From: Candidatus Yanofskybacteria bacterium RIFCSPHIGHO2_01_FULL_44_24 | GTDB taxonomy: Bacteria > Patescibacteriota > Minisyncoccia > 2-02-FULL-40-12 > GWA2-44-9 | DNA length: 64,000 bases | Direction of reading: 5' to 3' | NCBI GenBank assembly: GCA_001794215.1 | Contig: MGJK01000015.1 | Coordinates: 23,684 to 87,683, forward strand | Shown here: piece by piece, positions 1 to 9,177 of the stretch | Position numbering within the stretch: the first letter of the stretch is position 1 | Layout of the letters: each line of letters opens with the position of its first letter | Translations under genes and position numbers: made by a program | The notes under the pieces: model-generated | What the model saw: only the letters and a program-made list of their open reading frames with translations | The model's database searches: none | What the model was told of the DNA's origin: nothing

Positions 1-333
1 TCAGGCCGATTGGTAAACTTCCAGAGCGCAACGGTTGCTAAGGATGCCAAGAGGCAACCCCACTGGAAACGATCGAACTCCACGCCTAGTTCGTTCTTGC
101 GATGGAGTGACCACATCAGAACCCCGAGCACGAACCAAATTTCGATTGCGCCCAGAAGCTGTCCAATGTTGCCAAGCCACGTAGGATTCGATGTCTCCCA
201 GTAAGCAAAGTAGCCGATCGTGATAGCAATTGCGGCTATCATCCAACCAGCTGGTGACGATTTGATTCGTCCCAAGTAGATCAGATAGCAGTATCGGATG
301 GTGGCGACCGTAAGAGTTAGGCCCGCCAACCAT
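1..333 (-). CDS. N-terminal part of a gene running off the window edge; hypothetical protein (frame uncertain, since an alternative minus frame reads like a membrane protein with no stops)
   Basis: ORF track 1..333(-); no recognisable motifs; an overlapping stop-free minus frame is hydrophobic. Confidence 0.25.
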   Translation of the reverse strand: MVGGPNSYGRHHPILLSDLLGTNQIVTSWLDDSRNCYHDRLLCLLGDIESYVAWQHWTASGRNRNLVRARGSDVVTPSQERTRRGVRSFPVGLPLGILSNRCALEVYQSA

Positions 334-535
334 GATGCGAGTTCTCTCACGATGCCCCCCCCAATCTCCAGTTGTAAACTCAAAACTATTTTAAACTATA
401 CCACAAAAAGTGGTATAAAGTCAAGTGCTACGGGACTTGGATTCCCTTCGATAAACTAAGGGTGAACCCGTCTTAAGATATAATGTATCCCTTCGGTTTG
501 AAACCTCAGGGACAAATATGAAGACAGGGAAAAAT

Positions 536-570
536 GTACGTCGAAACAGTGCTCGTTTCGACGCGATTTT
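536..570 (-). terminator. Intrinsic terminator downstream of tRNA-Gln
   Basis: Hairpin cgtcgaaac-agtgct-cgtttcgacg, followed on the minus strand by TACATTTTTCC. Confidence 0.5.
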
Positions 571-586
571 TACGCTTAAAAATCGG

Positions 587-657
587 CTGCGGGACTTGGA
601 TTCGAACCAAGATACTGGGCTTCAAAGGCCCATGTCCTACCATTAGACGATCCCGCA
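587..657 (-). tRNA. tRNA-Gln (anticodon UUG)
   Basis: Reverse complement folds as a cloverleaf: 7-bp acceptor TGCGGGA/TCCCGCA, D arm GTCT..GGAC, anticodon stem TGGGC/GCCCA with loop CTTTGAA (anticodon TTG), T arm CTTGG-TTCGAAT-CCAAG, discriminator G; followed on the minus strand by hairpin CGTCGAAAC..GTTTCGACG plus a T-run. Confidence 0.85.
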
Positions 658-868
658 AAGAAAATAACAATCCTTGTTTGCGGGTAGTCCTGAGGCTAAC
701 TGGCCGTAGGGCGATCCCGCAATACTACGAAATTATACCTTTAAGTCCGCCCGATTTCAAAATAGTTCTCCCCGGCCTTACGGCCGGGGTATTCGCCTAA
801 GGGCTAATAGAATTCTGATCAAATTTTTTAGCTTTTATGACTTATATCATCTCGGATATTCTGCTATA

Positions 869-1420
869 ATGCTCCTAATGAAGAATGGCCTGATCCGAGA
901 TGGGGCGATAATAATCCTGAGCATCCTTGTTGCCGTTATCCTCGCAAAAACAGGAGCTCTTGAAAGTCTGATCACGTCGACCCGAGAGCTGAGGCTCATC
1001 GGAAGCTTTATCGCCGGAATATTATTTGTTTCCGTTTTTACCGTTGCTCCGGCGACTGTAGCTCTTGGAGAAATAGCTCAGTCAAATTCAGTTTTTGTAG
1101 TGGCTATTTTAGGCGGATTGGGCGCATTGGCGGGAGACTGGATCATTTTCCGTTTTATAAAAGATAAAGTTTCAGAAGATCTAACGGGTCTTCTGAAACT
1201 GGCTAAGCCGGGTAAGCTGACGACCCTTGGAAAAACTAAAGGCCTGCGGTGGCTGATACCTCTGATAGGGGCTCTGATAATTGCCTCTCCCCTGCCGGAC
1301 GAAATAGGGATAGCAATGCTCGGCTTATCTAAAATGAAAAATTCCGTATTTATTCTTCTGTCATTTATTCTGAATTCGGCCGGTATCTTAGTGATTGGGC
1401 TTGTTGCAAAAGCAGTTTAA
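869..1420 (+). CDS. Hypothetical polytopic membrane protein
   Basis: 183-aa ORF with several hydrophobic helices; no catalytic motif recognised. Confidence 0.5.
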   Translation: MLLMKNGLIRDGAIIILSILVAVILAKTGALESLITSTRELRLIGSFIAGILFVSVFTVAPATVALGEIAQSNSVFVVAILGGLGALAGDWIIFRFIKDKVSEDLTGLLKLAKPGKLTTLGKTKGLRWLIPLIGALIIASPLPDEIGIAMLGLSKMKNSVFILLSFILNSAGILVIGLVAKAV

Positions 1421-1459
1421 GAAAGCCCGATTATGTTCCAATAATGAGCATAAAGATCA

Positions 1460-2422
1460 ATGTTAATAGACAATGTAACAATCAGGGTAAAGGCTGGGGA
1501 CGGCGGAAGAGGCGGGGTAGCTTTCAATAAGAACAAAATGGCTCTTGGTCCGGTTGGCGGAAACGGCGGACACGGAGGTAATATTTATTTTGAAGGAGTT
1601 TCGGATTTAAACGCCCTTTCCCAGTTCAGAAACAAGAAAGAGATAAAAACCGATGACGGCGAGAACGGTCGGGGTGATTTCGTCGATGGCCGGGACGGAG
1701 CGGACATGATAATCAAAATTCCTATCGGTACGATGATCACTAAGTTAGAGACGGCGGAGGTCATCGATATCGTTAAAGTAGGAGAGAAAATACTTATCGC
1801 CAAGGGCGGGTATCCCGGAAAGGGCAATTTTCATTACCGATCGTCGACGAATACCAGGCCCAAGCAATTCGGTCCGGGTACGCCTGGGCAAGCGTTTACG
1901 GTTAAGCTGGAACTAAAACTTATAGCCGATGTCGGCCTTATCGGTTTGCCCAATGCCGGTAAGACGAGCTTGCTCAACGAACTGACCGGCACCAAGAGCA
2001 AGGTGGCCAATTACGCCTTCACAACCCTGGAACCAAATCTCGGGGTCTATTATGAATTGATTTTAGCCGATATTCCCGGACTCATAGAGGGCGCCTCAGA
2101 AGGCAAAGGTTTGGGTATTAAATTTCTTCAGCATATAGAAAGAACCCAAACATTGTTCCATCTCGTTTCGGCTGAATCGGAAACTCCCGGGGCCGACTAT
2201 AAGATTGTCAGAAAAGAGCTGAAGAAGTACGGTCCAGAGCTGCATAAGAAAAAGGAGTACCTCTTTCTTAGCAAGTATGACTCGGTTAGTGACAAAGAAT
2301 TAAAGAAAAAACTGTCAGTCCTGAAGAAGCTTAACAAAAGCGTCATTCCCCTATCCATCCATGACGAAGAAAGTCTCAAGAAAGTCCAAGCGGTACTAAA
2401 CAAAATCAAGGAAGAAAAGTAG
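1460..2422 (+). CDS. obg: GTPase Obg/CgtA (short form)
   Basis: N-terminal glycine-rich Obg fold (GDGGRGGVAF, GGNGGHGGNIYF) followed by a G-domain (GLIGLPNAGKTSLL, DIPGLIEGA). Confidence 0.9.
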   Translation: MLIDNVTIRVKAGDGGRGGVAFNKNKMALGPVGGNGGHGGNIYFEGVSDLNALSQFRNKKEIKTDDGENGRGDFVDGRDGADMIIKIPIGTMITKLETAEVIDIVKVGEKILIAKGGYPGKGNFHYRSSTNTRPKQFGPGTPGQAFTVKLELKLIADVGLIGLPNAGKTSLLNELTGTKSKVANYAFTTLEPNLGVYYELILADIPGLIEGASEGKGLGIKFLQHIERTQTLFHLVSAESETPGADYKIVRKELKKYGPELHKKKEYLFLSKYDSVSDKELKKKLSVLKKLNKSVIPLSIHDEESLKKVQAVLNKIKEEK

Positions 2423-2425
2423 AAT

Positions 2426-2716
2426 ATGATAATGAAAAAGTATATTTACATCTCCTGTTTTATAGTTTTAGGCCTTATCCTCCAGCAATTTATCCATACG
2501 ATTGTTGAGATATGGTATATTGAGCTACTGACGATCAACTTCGATGCATACGGATTCGGCTGGTCGTGGGATACTTGGTTCCTTGTCCATCATATTGGAA
2601 GCGTTATTCTGTTGATCGCCGGCATCTTAACCGGTTATTTCGGCGGCAGATATTTTTGGCCTAAACTATACGACGAGAATGGCAAAGTTCGTTTTCCGAA
2701 GCCCTGGAGGATCTGA
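2426..2716 (+). CDS. Small hypothetical membrane protein
   Basis: 96-aa ORF with two predicted TM helices, immediately downstream of obg. Confidence 0.35.
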   Translation: MIMKKYIYISCFIVLGLILQQFIHTIVEIWYIELLTINFDAYGFGWSWDTWFLVHHIGSVILLIAGILTGYFGGRYFWPKLYDENGKVRFPKPWRI

Positions 2717-2761
2717 TAGATAGCCAATCTAAAACCTAATAGTTAAGTGTGATTTTAAACT

Positions 2762-3556
2762 ATGAATATCTTTTTAAAACTTTTTGCCCTTCTGTATACT
2801 TATTACGTACATAGACTCGAGAAGAAGATCGGATACAGGGTTATATTCACTAAGATTCCGGGTACTTGGATCAACGGTTTAATGACATTAAACATGGAAA
2901 GATCTTGGGCCAGGCAGGGAATTAAGGCTTGGGGCGTCAATTACTGGACAATAGGCTCTTTAACTGAAGAGGGTATTTCTTCAAGATATGACCGCAACCA
3001 AAAACAATACCAGTCGTGGCTGGGAGCATATTTGGTGAAATTTAAAGAAGGCAGGAAGTTCACGCTCCAAGACCATTTTAATCTGGCGGTGGCCGATCAG
3101 AAAAACTGGTTAGAAGATTTTCATGACCCGCATCCGTTTATAGAAATGCCGGCCGAGAATGTAGCAAAATCCGAACCGATAAAGATAGGGGAATATTCGG
3201 GTACCTTGTATGAGTTTGGCTGGGGACCGTCGCATAGTGATGTAGGGAAGAACGTGAGCAATCTTCAGAACAAGATTTTGATGGCCCTTACGGGTTCTAT
3301 GTTTGACGAGTATAACAAACGACTGCATTTAAAAGGAAGTAATTTTATCCCCAAAGATATTCGGACCGACTATGAGACGGTGATTTTAAAAGGATATATA
3401 GCGGTCGTTGAGCTTGAAAAGAACGTAAAGGTCGTTTTGTACGGGAATGGAGCGGAACTTCTTGACCGATACAGCAACGAAGCCAAAGACTACACGCCCT
3501 TATTGAAAGAAGATATACTGATGGCATTTAAGGCGGTGGTGATAAATAAAACTTAG
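2762..3556 (+). CDS. Hypothetical protein
   Basis: 264-aa ORF in the local coding frame; no recognisable motifs. Confidence 0.45.
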   Translation: MNIFLKLFALLYTYYVHRLEKKIGYRVIFTKIPGTWINGLMTLNMERSWARQGIKAWGVNYWTIGSLTEEGISSRYDRNQKQYQSWLGAYLVKFKEGRKFTLQDHFNLAVADQKNWLEDFHDPHPFIEMPAENVAKSEPIKIGEYSGTLYEFGWGPSHSDVGKNVSNLQNKILMALTGSMFDEYNKRLHLKGSNFIPKDIRTDYETVILKGYIAVVELEKNVKVVLYGNGAELLDRYSNEAKDYTPLLKEDILMAFKAVVINKT

Positions 3557-3558
3557 TA

Positions 3559-4344
3559 ATGAGAATTACGCTTGCCACTTATAATATTCTGCATGGATAT
3601 CATGCCGATTTAATTTTAAAGAACCTGGCTATTTTAGTTGAAAAAAGCGCAAATATAATTTGTATTCAAGAAGCAGACCCTCCGTTTAAAAATTTACTGA
3701 ATGATTTTGTAAGAAATAAAAAATGGCAGGTTATATATTTTTACGATACGAAAGGCTGTAATTTAGCCATCGCTTGGAACCCGGAGTTTCTTCGATTTCA
3801 AGGCTCTGAAAATATTTTACTTCCAATGCCGAGAAAACCGTCCCTAGCTCAGCGCATCATTATCGGTTCCATCGAGAAGTTACAGCGCGGTGCATTATCG
3901 GCCAGTTTTTTAGCGAGCGACAAAGTAATTCGCGTAACTAATGCTCACTTGGCCTGGGAAGGGGGAATAAAGCACACATTACTCCAGCTCGGGCATCTGA
4001 AGTGGCAACTTAATAAACGGCAAAATGACCATGAGGTTTTAGCCGGAGATTTTAATACTTTTGCGCCCAGTATTCTGCGGAAGATTAAGCAAAGGAAAGT
4101 GGAAGAAGTTCTGGGAGAGTGCTGGACGAATCAATTTCCTAATATTTTCTGGACTTGCGATACCTCATATGTTGCTCCTCAAGATGGAGTTACGCCCTAT
4201 GCTAATTTTTTGCGTTCACTCGGAATAAAAATGCGTTCTCGCCTAGATTATATTTTCACACTCAACCTCAATGCTGTTTCTGGGGAGATGTTGGATCTGC
4301 CGGGCTCTGATCACCGGCCGGTAATAGGAATTTTTGAGATATAA
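3559..4344 (+). CDS. Endonuclease/exonuclease/phosphatase (EEP) family protein
   Basis: EEP hallmarks: N-terminal TYNILHG, IQEAD, GDFNTF, C-terminal GSDHRPV. Confidence 0.8.
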   Translation: MRITLATYNILHGYHADLILKNLAILVEKSANIICIQEADPPFKNLLNDFVRNKKWQVIYFYDTKGCNLAIAWNPEFLRFQGSENILLPMPRKPSLAQRIIIGSIEKLQRGALSASFLASDKVIRVTNAHLAWEGGIKHTLLQLGHLKWQLNKRQNDHEVLAGDFNTFAPSILRKIKQRKVEEVLGECWTNQFPNIFWTCDTSYVAPQDGVTPYANFLRSLGIKMRSRLDYIFTLNLNAVSGEMLDLPGSDHRPVIGIFEI

Positions 4345-4345
4345 A

Positions 4346-4372
4346 AAACCGGTTGCTTCATGCAACCGGTAT
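4346..4372. terminator. Bidirectional intrinsic terminator between convergent genes
   Basis: Perfect hairpin aaccggttgc-ttca-tgcaaccggt, flanked by an A-run on + and a T-run on the minus strand. Confidence 0.6.
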
Positions 4373-4387
4373 AGTATACTCCGATTC

Positions 4388-5764
4388 TTATTTGTTTCTG
4401 GCGACCACTTTGGGCTGGGTTACTTCGTGGAAACCGAATTTTCCGTGCTCCCGGCCCATGCCCGAGCCTTTGTATCCGCCGAAAGGATTCCATGGCGTGG
4501 TGTAATTAGTTCCATTTATACTGACCATGCCCGACTGAATCTGCCTGGCTACCCTTGTAGCCCTCTTTTTGTTGGCCGTATAGACATACGCTCCAAGACC
4601 GTACGAAGTGTCGTTAGCTAACCTGACCGCCTCATCTTCATTACCGAAACGCAATATGGGGAGTACCGGTCCGAAAACCTCCTGTTTCCAAACAAGCATG
4701 TCAGGCGTTACATCGGTTAAAACGGTTGGTTGGTGGAACGCTCCGCCCATTTTTTTCTCAAGCGAATCTCCGCCGGTAACCGCTTTTGCTCCGCAAACTT
4801 TGGCATCTCGAACCTGTCTGACCAGTAAATCAAGCTGTCGCTTAGAGACTAACGGTCCAAGCTCGGTAGTTTCGTATTCAGCCATTCCGATTCTTCGAGC
4901 CGAAAAGGCGTTAGCAATTTTCTCAACCACTTCATTGAAAACATCTCTATGAACAATGAGCCTCTTCAAGCCGTCGCAATATTGACCGGCATTAGCTAAT
5001 CTGAATTCACAGACACTATTTACGGCAGAATCGATATCCGCGTCATCAAAGATAATTCCCGGAGCGGAACCGCCCAATTCCATAACCGCCCTTATAAATT
5101 TATCGGCCGCTGTCTTGTAAAGAGTTTTACCGGTTTTACAGCTTCCAACGAAGTGAATCAGGTTGATATCTTCATTCACGAGCATACGTCCGACATCCCC
5201 TCCGCCGTAAACTTCGGCAAAAACTTCAAATGACGGCAAGCACTTATGCATAACAGCCTCGATAAACTGACCACTTAAGGGACATTCTTCAGAATGCTTC
5301 AGGATTACTGCGTTTCCGACAATCAAACTCTGGAAAGTGCTCCAGGCAAAATTAAGGAATGGGTAATTCCAGGGAATAATAACACCGGCCACGCCCAGAG
5401 GTTCTCGGAATACCTGATGAATTTCCGTCTCGCTTTCAAAAGTTGTTTCGGGACCCAAGTACTTTTCGGCATTATCAAGGTACCAATTCATAAAATCAAG
5501 CGTCCCGTCATAATCAGCCAGGGCTTCCCTTAAAGGCATGCCCATTTCCTGGGATTCCAAGAGGGCAAATTCTGACTTGAGTTTAGCAAATGCGTCAGTA
5601 ACCCGGCGTAAAATCTTTACCCGCTTTCCCAGACTTAGGTCGGCCCATTCTTTCTGCCCCCTTGAGAGCAACATAACCCTGCCCATAATTTCATCACGAG
5701 TTGAGATTCTAACCTCGCCCAAAACTTGATAATTTGACGGATTGACGGACTTCAGCGTTGCCAT
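4388..5764 (-). CDS. NAD(P)-dependent aldehyde dehydrogenase family protein
   Basis: 458 aa; ALDH fold motifs (ELGGSAP glutamate-box region, GQYCDGLKR catalytic Cys region, PWNYPF). Confidence 0.9.
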   Translation of the reverse strand: MATLKSVNPSNYQVLGEVRISTRDEIMGRVMLLSRGQKEWADLSLGKRVKILRRVTDAFAKLKSEFALLESQEMGMPLREALADYDGTLDFMNWYLDNAEKYLGPETTFESETEIHQVFREPLGVAGVIIPWNYPFLNFAWSTFQSLIVGNAVILKHSEECPLSGQFIEAVMHKCLPSFEVFAEVYGGGDVGRMLVNEDINLIHFVGSCKTGKTLYKTAADKFIRAVMELGGSAPGIIFDDADIDSAVNSVCEFRLANAGQYCDGLKRLIVHRDVFNEVVEKIANAFSARRIGMAEYETTELGPLVSKRQLDLLVRQVRDAKVCGAKAVTGGDSLEKKMGGAFHQPTVLTDVTPDMLVWKQEVFGPVLPILRFGNEDEAVRLANDTSYGLGAYVYTANKKRATRVARQIQSGMVSINGTNYTTPWNPFGGYKGSGMGREHGKFGFHEVTQPKVVARNK

Positions 5765-5871
5765 GGTTGAGACTCTTTTTCAGAGAACTGACGAGAGTTT
5801 ATACTGATAGTAAAAATCAGTCAAGCCGGCCGAAAAAGGTTCCTTAAGAGCCATATATGAACTCGCATCCG

Positions 5872-5900
5872 TAACAAAAAAACCGACCCCCAAGGTCGGT
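5872..5900 (-). terminator. Intrinsic terminator for the saccharopine-DH-family gene
   Basis: Hairpin AACCGAC-ccccaag-GTCGGTT, followed on the minus strand by T7. Confidence 0.6.
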
Positions 5901-5910
5901 TGATTCAAGT

Positions 5911-7002
5911 TCAGTCGAGTCGGGTCTCGACAATAGACATGTTGCGCTTTTTCAGTTCGGCAAAAAATGGCTGAATCGGTACGGCGACTTCCGGCGGCAT
6001 AACTCCGCGCTCTGTGATAGCGCCTTCGGCTATCATCTGAGCGACGATAGACGGCGGACAACCGGTATTAATGTCCCCGGCGCTGGCCCACCATTCAGGT
6101 TTTGACTGAGCATGGCAATCTACCACCAAATTGTCGACTGTTACCCGCGATACTTCATAATCTTGGGGCGGTTGCTTGGGAGAAGTCATTAATTTTTGAA
6201 AGTCGGCCAAAACCCAGCCTGTCTTGTAGCGCCTCATGATTTCTTCGACAAAGTCGGGTTCAAAACTAACTTTAAAGTCGCAGAATTTAACCCCTTGTCT
6301 TTTAAAGCTCAAGGGCAAAGTTGCGATTTCGCTGTGGCGCGTCCAGAGAGTCCAGATTTTGCCGATCGGTTCAGGGAATTCAGTTAATTCCCATCCTGTA
6401 CGCGGAGAAATCTGTTGGAACTTTCCATTGCGGAAAATCCACGGCCGCAAAGTCAGTTCTTCCGTAATTGTCTGGGCAGAATAAGAAAACCATAAATCTT
6501 TACTGGCATTGCCGCTCAAATCTATATTGCCGACTCTAATTTTTATTGAGCGAGCCCTTCCCAGCTTGCTGATGGCGTAAGCGGCCTGTATGTTTGTAAT
6601 TCCCGGAGAACAGCCCATGCCGATCACGGCCGTCAGTCCGGCCCTTCTAAAATGTTTATGCAGCTTTAGCTGTTTACGGGTAAAAGAAAACAATCCGCCC
6701 AGATCAACATAGTGCGTACCGCTAATCAGAGCCGCATTCATAACCGACAAATTAAAATTATGCTGAAGACAGTTAATTACCGCGTTTTGCCCCGACAATG
6801 CATCAATCAAACTTCCAAGAACATTAGCATCAAGGAATCGAGCTGTTACGCGCGGATTATTGAATGATTCGGCCAGTGATAGCGCTGCCGATTCCCTGTA
6901 ATCAGCAATGACGATGCGGTTGTCTTTGTGGGATTCGAATAAATCATGGACGACTATTTTTCCGATCGTACCAGCTCCGCCGAGAACAACAAAATGCCGC
7001 AT
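5911..7002 (-). CDS. Saccharopine dehydrogenase NADP-binding family oxidoreductase (lysine or polyamine pathway type)
   Basis: N-terminal Rossmann VVLGGAGTIG, followed by a Sacchrp_dh-like middle region (HYVDLGG). Confidence 0.7.
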   Translation of the reverse strand: MRHFVVLGGAGTIGKIVVHDLFESHKDNRIVIADYRESAALSLAESFNNPRVTARFLDANVLGSLIDALSGQNAVINCLQHNFNLSVMNAALISGTHYVDLGGLFSFTRKQLKLHKHFRRAGLTAVIGMGCSPGITNIQAAYAISKLGRARSIKIRVGNIDLSGNASKDLWFSYSAQTITEELTLRPWIFRNGKFQQISPRTGWELTEFPEPIGKIWTLWTRHSEIATLPLSFKRQGVKFCDFKVSFEPDFVEEIMRRYKTGWVLADFQKLMTSPKQPPQDYEVSRVTVDNLVVDCHAQSKPEWWASAGDINTGCPPSIVAQMIAEGAITERGVMPPEVAVPIQPFFAELKKRNMSIVETRLD

Positions 7003-7185
7003 AAAAGCTCCTTCTACCTCGCTTTTTAAAAGTTCTATCCTATGCTTATCACCTTTAGTAATTTAGATCAAGAAATATTATTTTTTACAGAAGTATTTTG
7101 GTTAAGTCAAGGCCTTGACGCCCCCTTTCCATTTGCCATTATAAAGCCATCTAAGTCGCTCTTTTAAATCAAAAGGAGTCCGATC

Positions 7186-8628
7186 ATGGCTAACGGAAGG
7201 AACGGGAACGCAAATCCGGCCAGCTTGCTTCAGAAAGTCGGTAAAATACCGCGCAGAGTTAGGGAAGACTGCTATGCCTGTACTACTGTGATTGACCCGA
7301 ATCTGGCCTGGTTAGACGGCAAAGATTCCCGAATAACCGTTTTTGAAGGGGGCAAACGCCGATCTTTAATTGATGCTTCCGGCGGAGTAAGCACTAAAAA
7401 TCTTGGTTATGGCAATGAAGGAGTCAGAAGGGTTATTCGGCAACTTCTCCGGGATCAAAGGGAAGTTTTCGGATATCCTCACCACGATATGGAGAATGAC
7501 TATGCCTTAAACCTTGCCTGGCTATTAAGCGAGCTGGCACCGCTCAAGGTGGATAAAGAAGTAGTGTTTGCCAATTCTGGCACTGAAGGAATCGAAGCGG
7601 CAATTAAGCTTTGCTATAACGCCAGAGCTAAGTCTTCTGGCCAAAACAGACGTCGCAAAGACTTTGTCGCCTGTTACGGCGCCTTTCACGGCCGCACATT
7701 GGGCTCCTTGTCTCTTACCTGTTCAAAGCCAATCCAGCGGGAGAATTATCCGACCAACGCTTTTACCAATTCCCACATTCATTTTCCCGCCAGACATCCT
7801 TTTTTTGTCTATGATGATTGGGGCGATATTCAATACATTGATTACACGCCGAATGAATATATTGAAGAAGTAAAGCGTGCTTGCCGCAAGGGTCAGATTG
7901 ATATTGATTCTGTTAATGCCGTGGTCTTTGAACTGATCCAGGGCGAAGGCGGAGTCAATGTTGCTTCAAAAGAGGCATTGCAGGATCTGGTGAAGTTTTT
8001 TAAGGATAACGGTGTCTTTGTTGTCATCGACGAAATCCAGACCGGTTTGGGACGGACCGGCAAACTTTTTGCCTTGGAGCATTTTAATATTGATCCCGAC
8101 GTGATCGTGCTTTCCAAGTCTCTGGCTCATGGTTTTCCCTTCAGTGCCGTTGTGTATGATGCGAATATGGGCTGGACGGAAAAGGGCCAGCAGTCTTCTA
8201 CTTTCGCCGGGTCCCCTATGGGATCAGCTATCGGATTGGAAGTGATTTCTCAATTGCTATCAAACGGCTTGCTTCCGCGAGCCTATGATCTTGGCGAGAG
8301 AATACTCGGCCCGGCTTTGCGAACGATAGCCCAGGATTATTCAGAAGTCGTTCATAACGTAAGAGGCATCGGCTTGATGCATGGAATTGAATTCTGGAAT
8401 CCGCATACCAGGAAACCGGCTTCTCAATTCAGAAACGAAGTTATTATCCAGGCCAGGAAAAGGGGGGTTCTCTTTCTTGATGCTGGTATCTCGGCGATTC
8501 GGATTACTCCTCCACTGACAATCGGCAGCGATAGCGAAAATAAATCAGGCAATGAATTAGGCACTATCATTGATGTCTTAACTGAGAGTATCCAGGCATC
8601 AAGAAGAAAAATGAAGCGCATTCAGTAA
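7186..8628 (+). CDS. Class-III PLP-dependent aminotransferase with an N-terminal extension of about 60 aa
   Basis: NSGTEGIEAAIKL, DEIQTGLGRTGKLFA, the PLP-Lys region SKSLAHG, and the family-typical C-terminal fold. Confidence 0.85.
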   Translation: MANGRNGNANPASLLQKVGKIPRRVREDCYACTTVIDPNLAWLDGKDSRITVFEGGKRRSLIDASGGVSTKNLGYGNEGVRRVIRQLLRDQREVFGYPHHDMENDYALNLAWLLSELAPLKVDKEVVFANSGTEGIEAAIKLCYNARAKSSGQNRRRKDFVACYGAFHGRTLGSLSLTCSKPIQRENYPTNAFTNSHIHFPARHPFFVYDDWGDIQYIDYTPNEYIEEVKRACRKGQIDIDSVNAVVFELIQGEGGVNVASKEALQDLVKFFKDNGVFVVIDEIQTGLGRTGKLFALEHFNIDPDVIVLSKSLAHGFPFSAVVYDANMGWTEKGQQSSTFAGSPMGSAIGLEVISQLLSNGLLPRAYDLGERILGPALRTIAQDYSEVVHNVRGIGLMHGIEFWNPHTRKPASQFRNEVIIQARKRGVLFLDAGISAIRITPPLTIGSDSENKSGNELGTIIDVLTESIQASRRKMKRIQ

Positions 8629-8641
8629 ATTGCCACACTAA

Positions 8642-8668
8642 CTGCACAATCGTGCAGTTTTTATGTTT
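8642..8668 (+). terminator. Intrinsic terminator (aminotransferase)
   Basis: ctgcacaatcgtgcag plus TTTTTATGTTTT. Confidence 0.55.
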
Positions 8669-8684
8669 TGCAAGCCGTCTGTAA

Positions 8685-8706
8685 CAAAAAACTGCCCGGA
8701 GGCAGT
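8685..8706 (-). terminator. Intrinsic terminator (cytochrome c7 gene)
   Basis: Minus strand: ACTGCC-TCCGG-GCAGT followed by T6. Confidence 0.55.
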
Positions 8707-8707
8707 G

Positions 8708-9052
8708 CTACTTTTTATGACACTTTGCGCAGTTACCCTTGGTCTCGAATGATTTGCCTTGGGCGACATGGCAAGTCGCGCAGGAAGTCTTGTCTTTCTC
8801 AGCCGGTTTGTGCATGCCTGCTTTGTAATTCAGCGGCGCCTTAGAGTCTTTGGGGAAAACTTTGTCGTGGCAGGTATCACACTTCTTTTCCCTGTTGGCA
8901 TGCTGGGCATGAGGGAACTTGACGTCTCCCATCTTGGCTTTGAATACGATCTCAGCCGGAGGTTTGTCGGGAGTGCTTGTCTGAGCCGCTGTCCGGAAAA
9001 CAAACGCTGAAACGAACATCAGAGAGAATAGAACGATTGCATATTTCCTCAT
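8708..9052 (-). CDS. Triheme cytochrome c7 (PpcA-like), with signal peptide
   Basis: Three CXXCH motifs (CDTCHD, CATCHV, CAKCHK); the mature part aligns by eye with Geobacter PpcA (…VKFPH.QH…CHKK). Confidence 0.8.
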   Translation of the reverse strand: MRKYAIVLFSLMFVSAFVFRTAAQTSTPDKPPAEIVFKAKMGDVKFPHAQHANREKKCDTCHDKVFPKDSKAPLNYKAGMHKPAEKDKTSCATCHVAQGKSFETKGNCAKCHKK

Positions 9053-9177
9053 GGCGGCTCCTCTTGGTGATCATGAGCCTGCACCAATAGATTATGCCGT
9101 TTCTTCAAAATCGTCAAGATTAGCAGTTGAAGGCGGAACTGTCTGTTTTTATGGGACCATGTTATGCTTAGTTTATT

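Noticed and set aside
534-800. 88-aa + strand ORF
   Set aside because: It overlaps the tRNA-Gln gene and its terminator on the opposite strand, and has no RBS or coding-like composition.
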